The translations under genes were made by a program, and so were the position numbers. A stretch of 64,000 nucleotides of DNA, taken from Armatimonadota bacterium. GTDB lineage: Bacteria > Armatimonadota > Fimbriimonadia > Fimbriimonadales > GBS-DC. Where the stretch lies: NCBI GenBank assembly GCA_013359125.1, contig JABWCR010000004.1:84607-148606 (forward strand), given 5' to 3'. Under the pieces are notes generated by a model that made no database searches, was not told where the DNA came from, and saw nothing but the letters and a program-made list of their open reading frames with translations. Shown in pieces: positions 30,668-40,500 of the stretch (positions are counted from its first letter, which is position 1; each line of letters begins with the position of its first letter).

Positions 30668-32433
30668 AGTTCGTAAACCTCGACGCCTCGCGCATCGAAC
30701 AGGAGCCTAATCTCTTGGACTGCGATCGCCTGTTCCAGCTGTATTCGCCACGATTCGATCGATTCTTGTGGCCAAAATCGTCGGTTGATCAAGATGTGCG
30801 TAATGCCCTTGGACTTCAATCCCTCCACGAGGTCGCTCGATGTTGAGAAGTTCGAATAAGGGATGAGCATGTGATGGCCGGCATTAGCCCAAAGGTATTG
30901 GCGCTCCAAGTAGAAGCCGCGAGGCTCGTCATACAATCCGATTTTGGCGCTCGGCGCCGTTTGTTCGTTGATAAATCGGTACGCCTCGTAAGGCTGAAAC
31001 CGCCTGGTCAGGTACTCCTCGCGCTTCTCTCGGTTCCAAATAGCGCTGGTCCAAGGCAGCAGCGCGCCGCCGAATATCCACAAGGCTGCAATCGATTGAA
31101 GCGCGACGACCAGCCACAGGGCGCGCTTGCGCAAACGGCCTTGCGCGACGGCGGCTGTGGCAGAAAGTATCGGAAATATCGGTATAAGATAGCGAGTTTG
31201 CTGCATCAGGCCAAACCAGGCTAAGAAGGAAGCGATTACAAAACCCAAAGGCAGCCCTGCGGTGGAGGAGACGAAGGGCGCCGCGGCCATCGCCGGACCG
31301 GAAGAAGCCACCGTATAGGCGCGCTCGCCTACGATCAGTCCGACCGGGTCCATAAACTTCTCCGGAAAAGAGACCATGTTGTTGGGAGCCATGATCAAAC
31401 GGTCGACGCTCCGGCCCATTCCAAACTTCAGCTGGTCTCCGCGATAGGCGGCGGCATTTTCTTCGCTCCAATTGCGCCCGCCGAACAGAGAATAGGCGAA
31501 CGGATAGACCGGATTGCTGGTGTAGAGGTAGGTCTTGATATACCAAGGACATCCTATTAACACGGCTAGAAGGCCAGAGAGGAGCAATGTTGGTATCATT
31601 TGAACCTGGCGGCGAACTAACAGCGTCCCAAGCGCAGTCAGACCGAGAATGGCGACGGAAACGAGCGCAAGGTACTTTGTACCGAGCGCAAAGCCCATCA
31701 GCACGCCTGCCAGCAAGATTAGTTTTCGCTCAGTTTCAACAATCCCGCGATGAATCGCCAAGACGGCGAGAAAAACGTAGAGCGCAGTCGCCAAATCGGC
31801 ATAGGCAACGGTCGATTCCCAGAACACGATCGGCGACGAAGCCAAAATTAGACTGCCTAGCCAAGGCCGGTTTGCGCCAAGCCGCTGAGCAAATCCGGCC
31901 ACGCCGATACAAAGATAGGACAGCGCGGCCCAGTGGAACAACTTGGCCGCGGTTGCCCCGTTCGCCCACAGGCCCCAGGTATACAACATCTCCCATAGGA
32001 ACGGGAAATTGCTATGGTGCGTAAAGGCAATGTTGTGAATTCGTCCTTCCAATAAGTATAACTTTGGCACAGCCAAGTGATACGCAAGCCCGTCCCAATC
32101 GTTGCCGTCGGGCGGAAGCGAAACATAACAGAGCGCCATGCACAAGAAAAAAACGACCGCAACGCAAAGCGGATCGAAAGAGGGTTTGAAGCGCCAATAG
32201 CGGAGTCCGATCAAGCCAAGGATGCCAAAGAGAGCCGTAGCGATCGGGAGGCCGACATTGTAAACGCCCAACATGCCGACAACAAAGATCGACATGGCAA
32301 AGGCGCCCAGACCAATAGCGCCGCCAGTCGCCATTAACTCCAGCGAGTTGAGGTTCTCCCTCAATCGCCCAAGCAGCAAAGAGCCTGCGGCGCCGCACAG
32401 AACGACCATCACGAACGCCATTGCAAGCCCCAT
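30664..32433 (-). CDS. large polytopic membrane protein, GT-C-like, with a C-terminal soluble domain
   Basis: At least 12 hydrophobic segments and a loop motif LPPDGNDWDGLAYHL. The gene overlaps the downstream GT-C gene by 4 nt. Confidence 0.5.
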   Translation of the reverse strand: MGLAMAFVMVVLCGAAGSLLLGRLRENLNSLELMATGGAIGLGAFAMSIFVVGMLGVYNVGLPIATALFGILGLIGLRYWRFKPSFDPLCVAVVFFLCMALCYVSLPPDGNDWDGLAYHLAVPKLYLLEGRIHNIAFTHHSNFPFLWEMLYTWGLWANGATAAKLFHWAALSYLCIGVAGFAQRLGANRPWLGSLILASSPIVFWESTVAYADLATALYVFLAVLAIHRGIVETERKLILLAGVLMGFALGTKYLALVSVAILGLTALGTLLVRRQVQMIPTLLLSGLLAVLIGCPWYIKTYLYTSNPVYPFAYSLFGGRNWSEENAAAYRGDQLKFGMGRSVDRLIMAPNNMVSFPEKFMDPVGLIVGERAYTVASSGPAMAAAPFVSSTAGLPLGFVIASFLAWFGLMQQTRYLIPIFPILSATAAVAQGRLRKRALWLVVALQSIAALWIFGGALLPWTSAIWNREKREEYLTRRFQPYEAYRFINEQTAPSAKIGLYDEPRGFYLERQYLWANAGHHMLIPYSNFSTSSDLVEGLKSKGITHILINRRFWPQESIESWRIQLEQAIAVQEIRLLFDARGVEVYEL

Positions 32434-32492
32434 GCCGTCAGAATAGTTCGAGCGCTTCGCCTGGCTTCCTGTTCGAGGTAAAATGAGCGCCC

Positions 32493-33488
32493 ATGGCGAG
32501 TCGCAACGTACCTAACGAACGACAGAGGGCCAAGAGGAAGCCCAGCCGCGCCCGCCGGGCGATCGGCATCATTGGCTGGCTCTTGGTCGCCGCATGCGGC
32601 CTCTGTTTTGGCGGCCTGATCGGATATATAGGCTTTGCCAGCGACGGCGTTGCCATGAGGACGATCTCCGCCATCGTAACGCGCGAAGCGACGCCCGCTC
32701 GGGCTTTTCCGGGACGAAACTCGATTACGATACTTGCACTCGGAGCCGATCAAGATCGCGATCGGCGAAAGCGCATCACTAACCGGAGCGCACGGTCGGA
32801 TACCATCATGGTCGTCAAAGTGGATTTCGATCGTATGCGGGCGGATGCCGTGTCGATTCCTCGCGATACGCTGGTTCGAATCCCTGGGCACGGCTGGGGA
32901 AAGGTGAACGCGGCCCATGCATTGGGCGGCGTCGAGTTGGCGGCGAAGACCGTATCCGACCTATTGGGCGAGATTCCGATCGATCATGTAGCGGTGATCG
33001 ATTATGTCGGCTTTCAGCGTCTGATCGATGCGATCGGCGGAGTCGAGCTCTATGTGGACAAGCGGCTCAAGTATGACGACAACTGGGGCGATCTGCATAT
33101 CGATCTGCAGCCCGGATTTCAGCATCTCACTGGCGAACAAGCAATGGGATTCGTCCGGTATCGGCACACGGATAGCGATTTTAAGCGCATCGAACGGCAA
33201 CAGGTCTTTGTGCAGGCTCTTAAAGATAAACTGAAGTCGCCCGGCGTGTGGGTGCGGGCCCCCGATGTGCTGAACAAGGCGTCCAAGATGGTGGCCAGTT
33301 CGCTCACTTACGAGCAGTTGTTGGCATTGGCCACATACGTTCGGTCGTTGCCGCAAGATGCAGTGCAGATGAAAACGCTGCCCGTGCGAGATGGACGGGG
33401 CACCTATCTGACAGTCGATAAAGAGGAATCAAAGAAGATCCTGAGGGAACTCAGCTTCTGGGAGTCCTACACCTACTCTAAACGATGA
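32493..33488 (+). CDS. LytR-CpsA-Psr (LCP) family cell-envelope polymer transferase
   Basis: An N-terminal TM segment followed by ILALGADQDRD...RSDTIMVVKVD...SIPRDTLVRIPG...KVNAAHALGG...IDHVAVIDYVGFQRLIDAIGGVELYV. Confidence 0.8.
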   Translation: MASRNVPNERQRAKRKPSRARRAIGIIGWLLVAACGLCFGGLIGYIGFASDGVAMRTISAIVTREATPARAFPGRNSITILALGADQDRDRRKRITNRSARSDTIMVVKVDFDRMRADAVSIPRDTLVRIPGHGWGKVNAAHALGGVELAAKTVSDLLGEIPIDHVAVIDYVGFQRLIDAIGGVELYVDKRLKYDDNWGDLHIDLQPGFQHLTGEQAMGFVRYRHTDSDFKRIERQQVFVQALKDKLKSPGVWVRAPDVLNKASKMVASSLTYEQLLALATYVRSLPQDAVQMKTLPVRDGRGTYLTVDKEESKKILRELSFWESYTYSKR

Positions 33489-34237
33489 GCCGGAAAGGGC
33501 TCACCCAGGCCGAGAAAATTGCCATCGGGGTCGGTGCCGTCATCATCCTGGCCATTCTCATCCCGGTCTACCTCACCTTGCTCGACATTCGACATACCAA
33601 CGCCTGCCAGAACAATCTGGGGCAGATTTCGAAAGCGTTTCAGTATTACGTGCTGGATAACGGCGGATCGTTGCCTTTGGCGCAGTTCGATGGCACGGAT
33701 GGGCCGGCGCTGGACAGCAAGGGCCGTCCGGTTACTTGGATGCACTCGATCAATGCCTATCTTAGGAAAGATATAGAGCAGGTCGCCGTCTGTCCTGCGG
33801 ACCCGCTGGGGGGGTCGTGCGTTCTGACGCACCCATCCGATTCGAGCAGAGAGCTGCGATCGTCGTATGGCATGGTGGCGGCGCTCAGCGGTCGAGAAGT
33901 CGCTTCCTTGCCGGCAGGAGGATCGGCTCTTATCGTAGAGAGCGTTTCGGGCGGGCAGTGGGGAACTCGCAATCATCGTCCATTGGTTGGCGGCAACGAT
34001 GGATTCTTGTTGGATTATGCGGAGGATTTCGTCTCTCGCGCAGCGGTATCGAGGATTGACGAAAAAACAGGCTGGGATGAAAACAACATGCGCTCCTTTC
34101 ATGGGCGGGGCCTCAACATCCTCTATGCCGATGGCCATGTTTCGGCCCAAAAGCCGTCCATTGCCAACCTATCGCGAGACGCAAAGGGCGATCCTTTGCC
34201 CCCTTGGGCGCCGCGCTTAAAAGCCGAAGATCGGTAA
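33485..34237 (+). CDS. pseudopilin-like H-X9-DG (DUF1559-type) protein
   Basis: N-terminal hydrophobic helix IAIGVGAVIILAILIPVYL, followed by CQNNLGQISKAFQYY. The C-terminal HGRGLNILYADGHV is the H-x9-DG motif. ATGA overlap with the LCP gene. Confidence 0.65.
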   Translation: MSRKGLTQAEKIAIGVGAVIILAILIPVYLTLLDIRHTNACQNNLGQISKAFQYYVLDNGGSLPLAQFDGTDGPALDSKGRPVTWMHSINAYLRKDIEQVAVCPADPLGGSCVLTHPSDSSRELRSSYGMVAALSGREVASLPAGGSALIVESVSGGQWGTRNHRPLVGGNDGFLLDYAEDFVSRAAVSRIDEKTGWDENNMRSFHGRGLNILYADGHVSAQKPSIANLSRDAKGDPLPPWAPRLKAEDR

Positions 34238-34252
34238 TTTTTTGGCGACCCC

Positions 34253-34282
34253 TTGACAAGCCATTAAGGTTTGTGGTACAGT
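34253..34282 (+). promoter_or_regulatory. candidate sigma70-type promoter of the molybdoenzyme operon
   Basis: TTGACA (34253-34258), an 18-nt spacer, then TACAGT (34277-34282) preceded by TGG. It lies about 80 nt upstream of the ATG at 34360. Confidence 0.45.
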
Positions 34283-34359
34283 CAGCCAAATTAAGTCAAT
34301 AGGTCAAACGGCTGGATTGACTTACAAGGCATCCAGTCCTGAGATCTAAGGAGGGAACG

Positions 34360-35052
34360 ATGCGTGTAGTAATTGCTGGAATATTGCTCTCAATGGCCGC
34401 AGGGCTCTTTGCTCAGACGGCCACCATCACCGGAAAGGTCTCCTTTTCGGGAAAGGCGCCCGCCTCGAAGGCGATCGACATGAAGGCCGATGCCAAATGC
34501 GCGGCCATCCATGGAAACAAGCCCGTCAAGCCTGAGGATTTTATCTTAAACCCCAACGGCACGCTCCGATGGTGCTTTGTCTATGTCAAAGACGGTCCGA
34601 TCCCCAAGGCGGCTCCGTCTAAGGCAACTGTCGTTCTTGACCAGCACGGTTGCACTTACGCTCCAAGGGTATTTGGAGTTGTAACCGGCCAGCCGATCGA
34701 GATTAGAAACTCCGACCCGCTGTTGCACAACGTCCACACAGTCTCCAAGGCCAACCCAACCTTCAACATTGCCCAGCCGAACAAGGGCATGAAGCGAGTG
34801 CACGTATTTATGAAGCCCGAAACGATGGTGCAATTCAAATGCGACGTGCATCCGTGGATGGGCGCCTATGCCGGCGTTGTGCCGCACGGCTTCTTCGCGG
34901 TTACGGGCGCAGATGGCAAGTTTACGATCAAAGGCCTGCCCGCCGGGACCTACACGCTAGAGGTCTGGCACGAAAAGTTGGGCAAGCAGACGATGCAGGT
35001 TACGGTCAAGGCTGGCGAGACCAAGACGGCGGACTTCGCTTACAAAAAGTAG
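34360..35052 (+). CDS. secreted cupredoxin-like (type-1 copper) protein flanked by carboxypeptidase-regulatory-like beta-sandwich segments
   Basis: Signal peptide present. Candidate Cu ligands are ...DPLLHNVH... and ...FKCDVHPWMGA, a C-x2-H-x2-M pattern as in amicyanin/pseudoazurin-type sites. The C-terminal segment is GKFTIKGLPAGTYTLEVWHEKLG. Confidence 0.65.
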   Translation: MRVVIAGILLSMAAGLFAQTATITGKVSFSGKAPASKAIDMKADAKCAAIHGNKPVKPEDFILNPNGTLRWCFVYVKDGPIPKAAPSKATVVLDQHGCTYAPRVFGVVTGQPIEIRNSDPLLHNVHTVSKANPTFNIAQPNKGMKRVHVFMKPETMVQFKCDVHPWMGAYAGVVPHGFFAVTGADGKFTIKGLPAGTYTLEVWHEKLGKQTMQVTVKAGETKTADFAYKK

Positions 35053-35070
35053 CGCCTTAGGAGGTTTGAG

Positions 35071-36588
35071 ATGACTCGGACATCGATAGCGTTTTTGACG
35101 AGCACGGCGATCGCCGGACTGCTGATGGTCGGCGTTGCGAGGGACAAGCCTTCGCAGGACGAGCTGATCGCGGAGGGCAAGGCGCTGTACGAGCAGTATT
35201 GCCTGACATGCCACGGGGCCGCAGGCGCCGGGGATGGCGAAATGGCCTATTTATCCCACCCGAAACCTCGCGATCTGACCGAAGGCGTTTATAAGGTTCG
35301 ATCGACTCAGTCGGGCAGCGTGCCCACGGACGACGACCTGTACCGAGTCATCTCGAACGGAATGCCGGGCACGTCGATGCCCGCTTGGAAGGGCGACCTG
35401 ACCAACCGACAGCGATGGGCCTTAGCCCAGTATGTCAAGAGCCTATCGCCTCGCTTCGCGACGGAAAAGCCGGAGGGCGCGCTCAGAGTGTCCGCAGTCC
35501 CCGCCGCAACGGATTCGATGCTGCAACTCGGCAAACGCATCTATGCGGCGCAGGGATGCGGCCAGTGCCACGGCGCAACGGGCAAGGGCGATGGCCCGTC
35601 CGCAAGAAACTTGCGCGATGCGAAGGGCTATCCGATCGTGCCTTACGACTTTACGCAGTCGGCGCGATTCAAGGGCGGCAGCGCTCCCAGGGACATCTAC
35701 CGCACATTTATGACCGGCATGGACGGCACGCCGATGCCCAGTTATGCAGGCACGCTAACGGACAAAGAATCTTGGGCTCTGACCCATTATGTGCTTTCCT
35801 TGGTGAGCAAAGAGCCGGCGATCCCAGACTTTGGTCACGAGATTGTTGCAGCAAGAGTATCCCGACTGCCCGACATCGCTGCGCCGATGGATTCAGTCTG
35901 GAGCGGCTCTAAGGTCTCAATTATCCCAGTAAGGCCTCTTTGGGATCGGCCTGGGGCCGTGGATCGGGTGCAGGCCAAGGCTCTGCACGATGGAAGAACG
36001 CTCCAAATCTATCTGACCTGGAAAGAGCAGAACCCCAGCGACGGATATGCGCGGGTGCAAGAATTTCGAGATGCGGTCGCCGTTCAATTCCCTGTCCGGC
36101 AGGCAACCGGCACAAAGGCCTTCTATGGGATGGGCGACGCTCAAAACCCGGTCAATGTTTGGATGTGGCGGGCGGATTGGCAGGCGGATCTTGCAAGATT
36201 CAGAGACCTGTTCGCTCTCTATCCGAACATCGCCATCGATTGGTACCCGTTCGTTACCGATCCGACCTTTGTCCCTGCATTGAGAAGAGGCAATCTGAAT
36301 GCGACGACCCTTCGCCTGACGTCCGTCGAGGATCTCAACGCGACCGGGCCATCCTCTATCACATCCCAGATCGCATCGAAGCAGAACGTTCGCGGCTTCG
36401 GAGCCTGGTACGAGGGCGCCTGGCATGTGGTGATTCAGCGCGATCTTCGAACGTCCGACGCTGAGGACGCCCAATTTGCTCCCGGAGCGGAGACGCCCAT
36501 AGCATTCGGAGTTTGGCAAGGCGCCCAGGGAGACCGGAACGGCCAGAAGTCGATCTCGATCTGGCAAACGCTGCGCTTGGAGCCATAA
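35071..36588 (+). CDS. gamma-subunit-like fusion: two class-I c-type cytochrome domains plus an EB_dh (ethylbenzene dehydrogenase gamma / haem-b) domain
   Basis: N-terminal signal/anchor present. Two CxxCH sites (CLTCHG, CGQCHG), each followed by a GM(P/D)GT.MP Met-ligand region. The C-terminal part reads ...ALHDGRTLQIYLTWKEQNPSD...AVAVQFPV...GMGDAQNPVNVWMWRADW, resembling type II DMSOR gamma subunits. Confidence 0.75.
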   Translation: MTRTSIAFLTSTAIAGLLMVGVARDKPSQDELIAEGKALYEQYCLTCHGAAGAGDGEMAYLSHPKPRDLTEGVYKVRSTQSGSVPTDDDLYRVISNGMPGTSMPAWKGDLTNRQRWALAQYVKSLSPRFATEKPEGALRVSAVPAATDSMLQLGKRIYAAQGCGQCHGATGKGDGPSARNLRDAKGYPIVPYDFTQSARFKGGSAPRDIYRTFMTGMDGTPMPSYAGTLTDKESWALTHYVLSLVSKEPAIPDFGHEIVAARVSRLPDIAAPMDSVWSGSKVSIIPVRPLWDRPGAVDRVQAKALHDGRTLQIYLTWKEQNPSDGYARVQEFRDAVAVQFPVRQATGTKAFYGMGDAQNPVNVWMWRADWQADLARFRDLFALYPNIAIDWYPFVTDPTFVPALRRGNLNATTLRLTSVEDLNATGPSSITSQIASKQNVRGFGAWYEGAWHVVIQRDLRTSDAEDAQFAPGAETPIAFGVWQGAQGDRNGQKSISIWQTLRLEP

Positions 36589-36589
36589 G

Positions 36590-37570
36590 ATGACTGCGAC
36601 TGGTACGCGAAGAGACTTCTTGAAACTGCTGATCCCGATGGCAACATCGGCGACGGAACCGGCCGTCTACTACGATCCGGAATTGTTGGAGGCTGTCGTT
36701 GGCGAAGCCATGAGACGACAAGGCAGGCTGCCCAAGTCAATGTTGCTCGAGATCGAGCGGCTATATCAGACCATCGAGCCAGAGAACCGAGACAAGGCGT
36801 TTCAATCGCTGAATCGCGAGATGTTCGAGAATCAGGGGCATCATGCCTGGCTGCTGGAGCGACTGAGAGCATTTCCAGAAGCCCTTTCAGGCATCGAAGA
36901 GAGTTTTGTCCATCGCGCTCGAACGCCGTTCGACGCTGGCGCGGAACTGCGCGACCGAAAGGACGGCGGCAAGGCGCTCTTCATCTGTTTAGAACCGACG
37001 GTCTTTGAACAGAGGATAGATGGCTTTGTCAATCACGAGCTTCAGCACATTGAAGACATCCTGAATCCTAACTTTGGGTTCTACAAGCCGCGCCCCTTGG
37101 CAGACAGTCCTGCCCGAGAAAGCCTTGTTCGGGATCGACTGAAGGCAGTCTGGGCTGCGAGCGTTGACGGAAGATTGCAGCGCCGCGGGCTGGAGCCTCT
37201 GCGCAACGAGGCCGCCAGACGCACCGAGTTCGGCGCGTTCTATCGATCATTGCCCGATGAGGCGCTACAGACAGCGTTCGACAAACTTTGGAGCGAGAAT
37301 TCGCCAAAGTTTGGCGACCTGTTGGATATGGCGCGGTCGGTTTCTGCGACGCTTGCCTGGGCGGGCATAGAGGATCGTGAGAGTTATTCAGACGATCAGA
37401 TCGATCCGATTTTGTGCCCGATTTGTCGAATGCCGTCGCCGGAGAAAGAGCTTGATTTAAGCCCGGAGATGATTGTAGAAGCCATGGGCGACGACCCCGA
37501 ATGGTTGCCCGCCTTTGGCATGTGTTCCCGATGTGCAGAGCATTACCGAGTCAGGACAGGGCAATGGTAA
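36590..37570 (+). CDS. hypothetical protein with an N-terminal RRxFLK motif, an HExxH motif and a C-terminal CxxC...CxxC zinc ribbon
   Basis: MTATGTRRDFLKLLIP... at the N-terminus. FVNHELQHIED covers H149-H153 (nt 37034-37048). The C-terminus has CPICRMPS...CSRCAEHY. The start lies 2 nt after the gamma stop. Confidence 0.5.
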   Translation: MTATGTRRDFLKLLIPMATSATEPAVYYDPELLEAVVGEAMRRQGRLPKSMLLEIERLYQTIEPENRDKAFQSLNREMFENQGHHAWLLERLRAFPEALSGIEESFVHRARTPFDAGAELRDRKDGGKALFICLEPTVFEQRIDGFVNHELQHIEDILNPNFGFYKPRPLADSPARESLVRDRLKAVWAASVDGRLQRRGLEPLRNEAARRTEFGAFYRSLPDEALQTAFDKLWSENSPKFGDLLDMARSVSATLAWAGIEDRESYSDDQIDPILCPICRMPSPEKELDLSPEMIVEAMGDDPEWLPAFGMCSRCAEHYRVRTGQW

Positions 37571-37589
37571 CCCTTGCAAGGAGAAACTC

Positions 37590-40500
37590 ATGAAATTTTC
37601 ACGTCGTCAGTTTTTGAAGACTGCCGGTTTGACAAGCGGCGCGCTGTTGCTGGCAGATAGCACTCTGGGAGGAGGGTTGCGCACGCTTCAGCCTGCTGTC
37701 AATGTTCAGAATCCTCTGAAGCATTATCCGGACCGAGGCTGGGAGCAGGTTCTTCGCGATCAGTATCGGTATGACCGAGCGTTTACCTTTGTTTGCGCGC
37801 CCAACGATACTCACAACTGTCGGCTTCGGGCGCTGGTGCGGGACGATGTGATCGTGCGCATCGAACAAAACTATGACGCGGGCCACATAGAAGCCCTCGA
37901 CGGTACCGCGACGACCGCGGCATGGAACCCCAGAGGGTGTTTGAAGGGCTTTACGTTCCATCGGCGCGTCTACAGCCCCTATCGTTTGAAGTACCCGATG
38001 ATCCGTAAAGGCTGGAAAGAGTGGGCCGACGCCGGATTTCCCGAACTGACGCCAGAGCTAAAGAAGAAGTACAAGTTTGATAGCCGAGGCTCCGATCAGT
38101 TGCTCCGAGCCGGTTGGCAAGAAGCGTCGGACTATGTCGCCCGTGCGATGGTCGCGATCTCTACCCGATACAGCGGGGAAGAAGGCGCCGCACGGCTGAA
38201 GCAACAGGGCTACGAGCCGGAGATGATCGAGGACATGGGCGGAGCCGGCACGCGCACCATGAAGTTTCGCGGCGGCATGGGGCTGCTGGGCGTTATCGGC
38301 AAGTATGGCATGTGGCGCGCCGCCAACATGGTCGCGCTGCTGGATTCCCATGTTAGGAAGGTTTCGCCTGAGCAGGCTAAGGGCGGTCGCAAGTGGTCGA
38401 ACTACACATGGCACGGCGACCAGGCGCCCGGGATGCCGTTTGTGCACGGGCTACAGGCCTCTGACGTAGACATGAATCAGTTGCGCTTTGCGCGGTTAAG
38501 CATCGCTTGCGGCACCAACATCATCGAGAACAAGATGCCCGAAGCGCACTTCTTTACCGAACTGATGGAGCGAGGCGGGCGATTGGTGGTCATCAAGCCC
38601 GAATACAGCCCGACGTCTCAGAAGGCCGACTACTGGATACCGATTCGTCCAAACACGGACGCTGCCCTGTTCTTAGGCATTACTCGTCTGATGATGGACA
38701 ACGGATGGTACGACGAGGCGTTCGTCAAGGGCTTTACCGACTTTCCACTGTTGGTTCGTGCTGACAACTTGAAGCTGCTCCGTGCAAGCGAACTCTTTTC
38801 AGATCACAAACCCTTGCTTGCTTCTGACGGCATGTCGATGAAGCGTCAGAACTTGAAGCCCGATCAGTACGAAAAGTTAGGCGATTTTGTAGTTCGGTCG
38901 GCAGATGGCTTCAAGGCGATTTCTCGCGACGACGTGGGCGGAACGATGGCGGGACGGGGAATCGATCCGACGCTGGATTGGCAGGGAAAGGCGCGCCTGG
39001 CCAACGGTCAGGAGATCGAATGCCTGACGCTTTGGACGGCTTACAAGAGGCATTTGGAGGACTACGGGCTGGATGCGGTCGCGCAGATGACAAGCTCGCC
39101 TAAGGAGCTGATCGAGCGACTGGCCAAGGAGATTTGGGACGTTACGCTCGAAGTTCGCGAGCAGGATCCTACTGCGGGCGCCGTAGCCATTCACATTGGC
39201 GAGGGGATCAACCATTGGTTTCACGCAACGTTGGCCAATCGAGCCTTCTATCTGCCATTAATGCTGACGGGAAACATCGGCAAGGTCGGGTCGGGGTGCC
39301 ATACCTGGGCCGGCAACTACAAGGGCGGTTTGTTTCAAGGGTCGCCGTGGACCGGCCCCGGCTTCCCAGGCTTCATTGCCGAAGATCCGTTCAATTTATC
39401 GCTCGATCCGGCATCGCACGGCAAAGACGTCAAGGTTCGCAAACTCTTCAAGGACGAAGAGCCTGCTTACTGGAATCATGGCGATCGACCTCTGATCGTA
39501 AACACGCCTAAGCACGGTCGAAAGGTGTTTACCGGCAAGACGCACATGCCCACGCCGACCAAGTTCCTTTGGTTCAACAACGTCAACCTGTTCAACAACG
39601 CCAAGCACGCGTACGACATGTTCTTCAACGTCAATCCAAACATCGAGTGCATCGTCTGTCAAGACGTTGAAATGAACTCGACCGTGGAGTACTCCGACGT
39701 GGTCTTTGCAGCGAACACCTGGGTCGAGTTCGAAGATTACGAAATGACCGCGTCGTGTTCGAACCCGTTTCTTCAGATATGGAACGGCGGCATCCGGCCG
39801 ATCTACGACACGAAGGACGATCTAACGATCATACGCGGCGTGTTCGAGAGCTTGGCTAAGCTCACGGGCGATAGGCGTTTTGCCGATGCCTACAAGTTCA
39901 AGGCGCCGGTCTATATTCAAAGGCTGCTCGATAGCTCGACTACGACGTTCGGATATACCTTTGCCGACATCATGGCTGGCAAATACGGCGAGCCGGGCGT
40001 TTGTCTGATGATGTTCAGAACCTATCCAAGGGAGCCGTTTTACGAGCAAGTGTTCGAGAACGAACCGTTCCACACGGCGACCGGACGGTTGCAAGCCTAT
40101 TGCGACATTCCCGAAGCCATCGAGGCAGGCGAGAACTTTATCGTGCATCGAGAAGGGCCGGAGGCCACGCCCTACCTGCCCAACGTGATCGTCAGTACAA
40201 ATCCGTATGTACGGCCCGACGACTACGGCATCTCGGCAGAGGCGATGCATTGGGACGAGCGCACCGTGCGCAACATCAAGATGCCTTGGTCGCAGGTGAA
40301 GGAAACCACAAACCCGCTCTGGGAGAAGGGCTATCGATTCTATGGCTTGACGCCCAAGGGCAGGCACCGCGTGCACAGCGGCTGGAGCATGGTCGATTGG
40401 AACCAGATATGGGAGAGCAACTTCGGCGATGCCTATCGGTTGGATCGACGCTCGCCCGGCGTAGGGGAGACCCAAATGCACATCCACCCGGACGCGGCGA

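Noticed and set aside
37515-37589. Upstream start (37515) for the alpha subunit
   Set aside because: It would overlap the end of the preceding gene and bury the twin-arginine signal 25 residues from the N-terminus. The ATG at 37590 places MKFSRRQFLK at the N-terminus.
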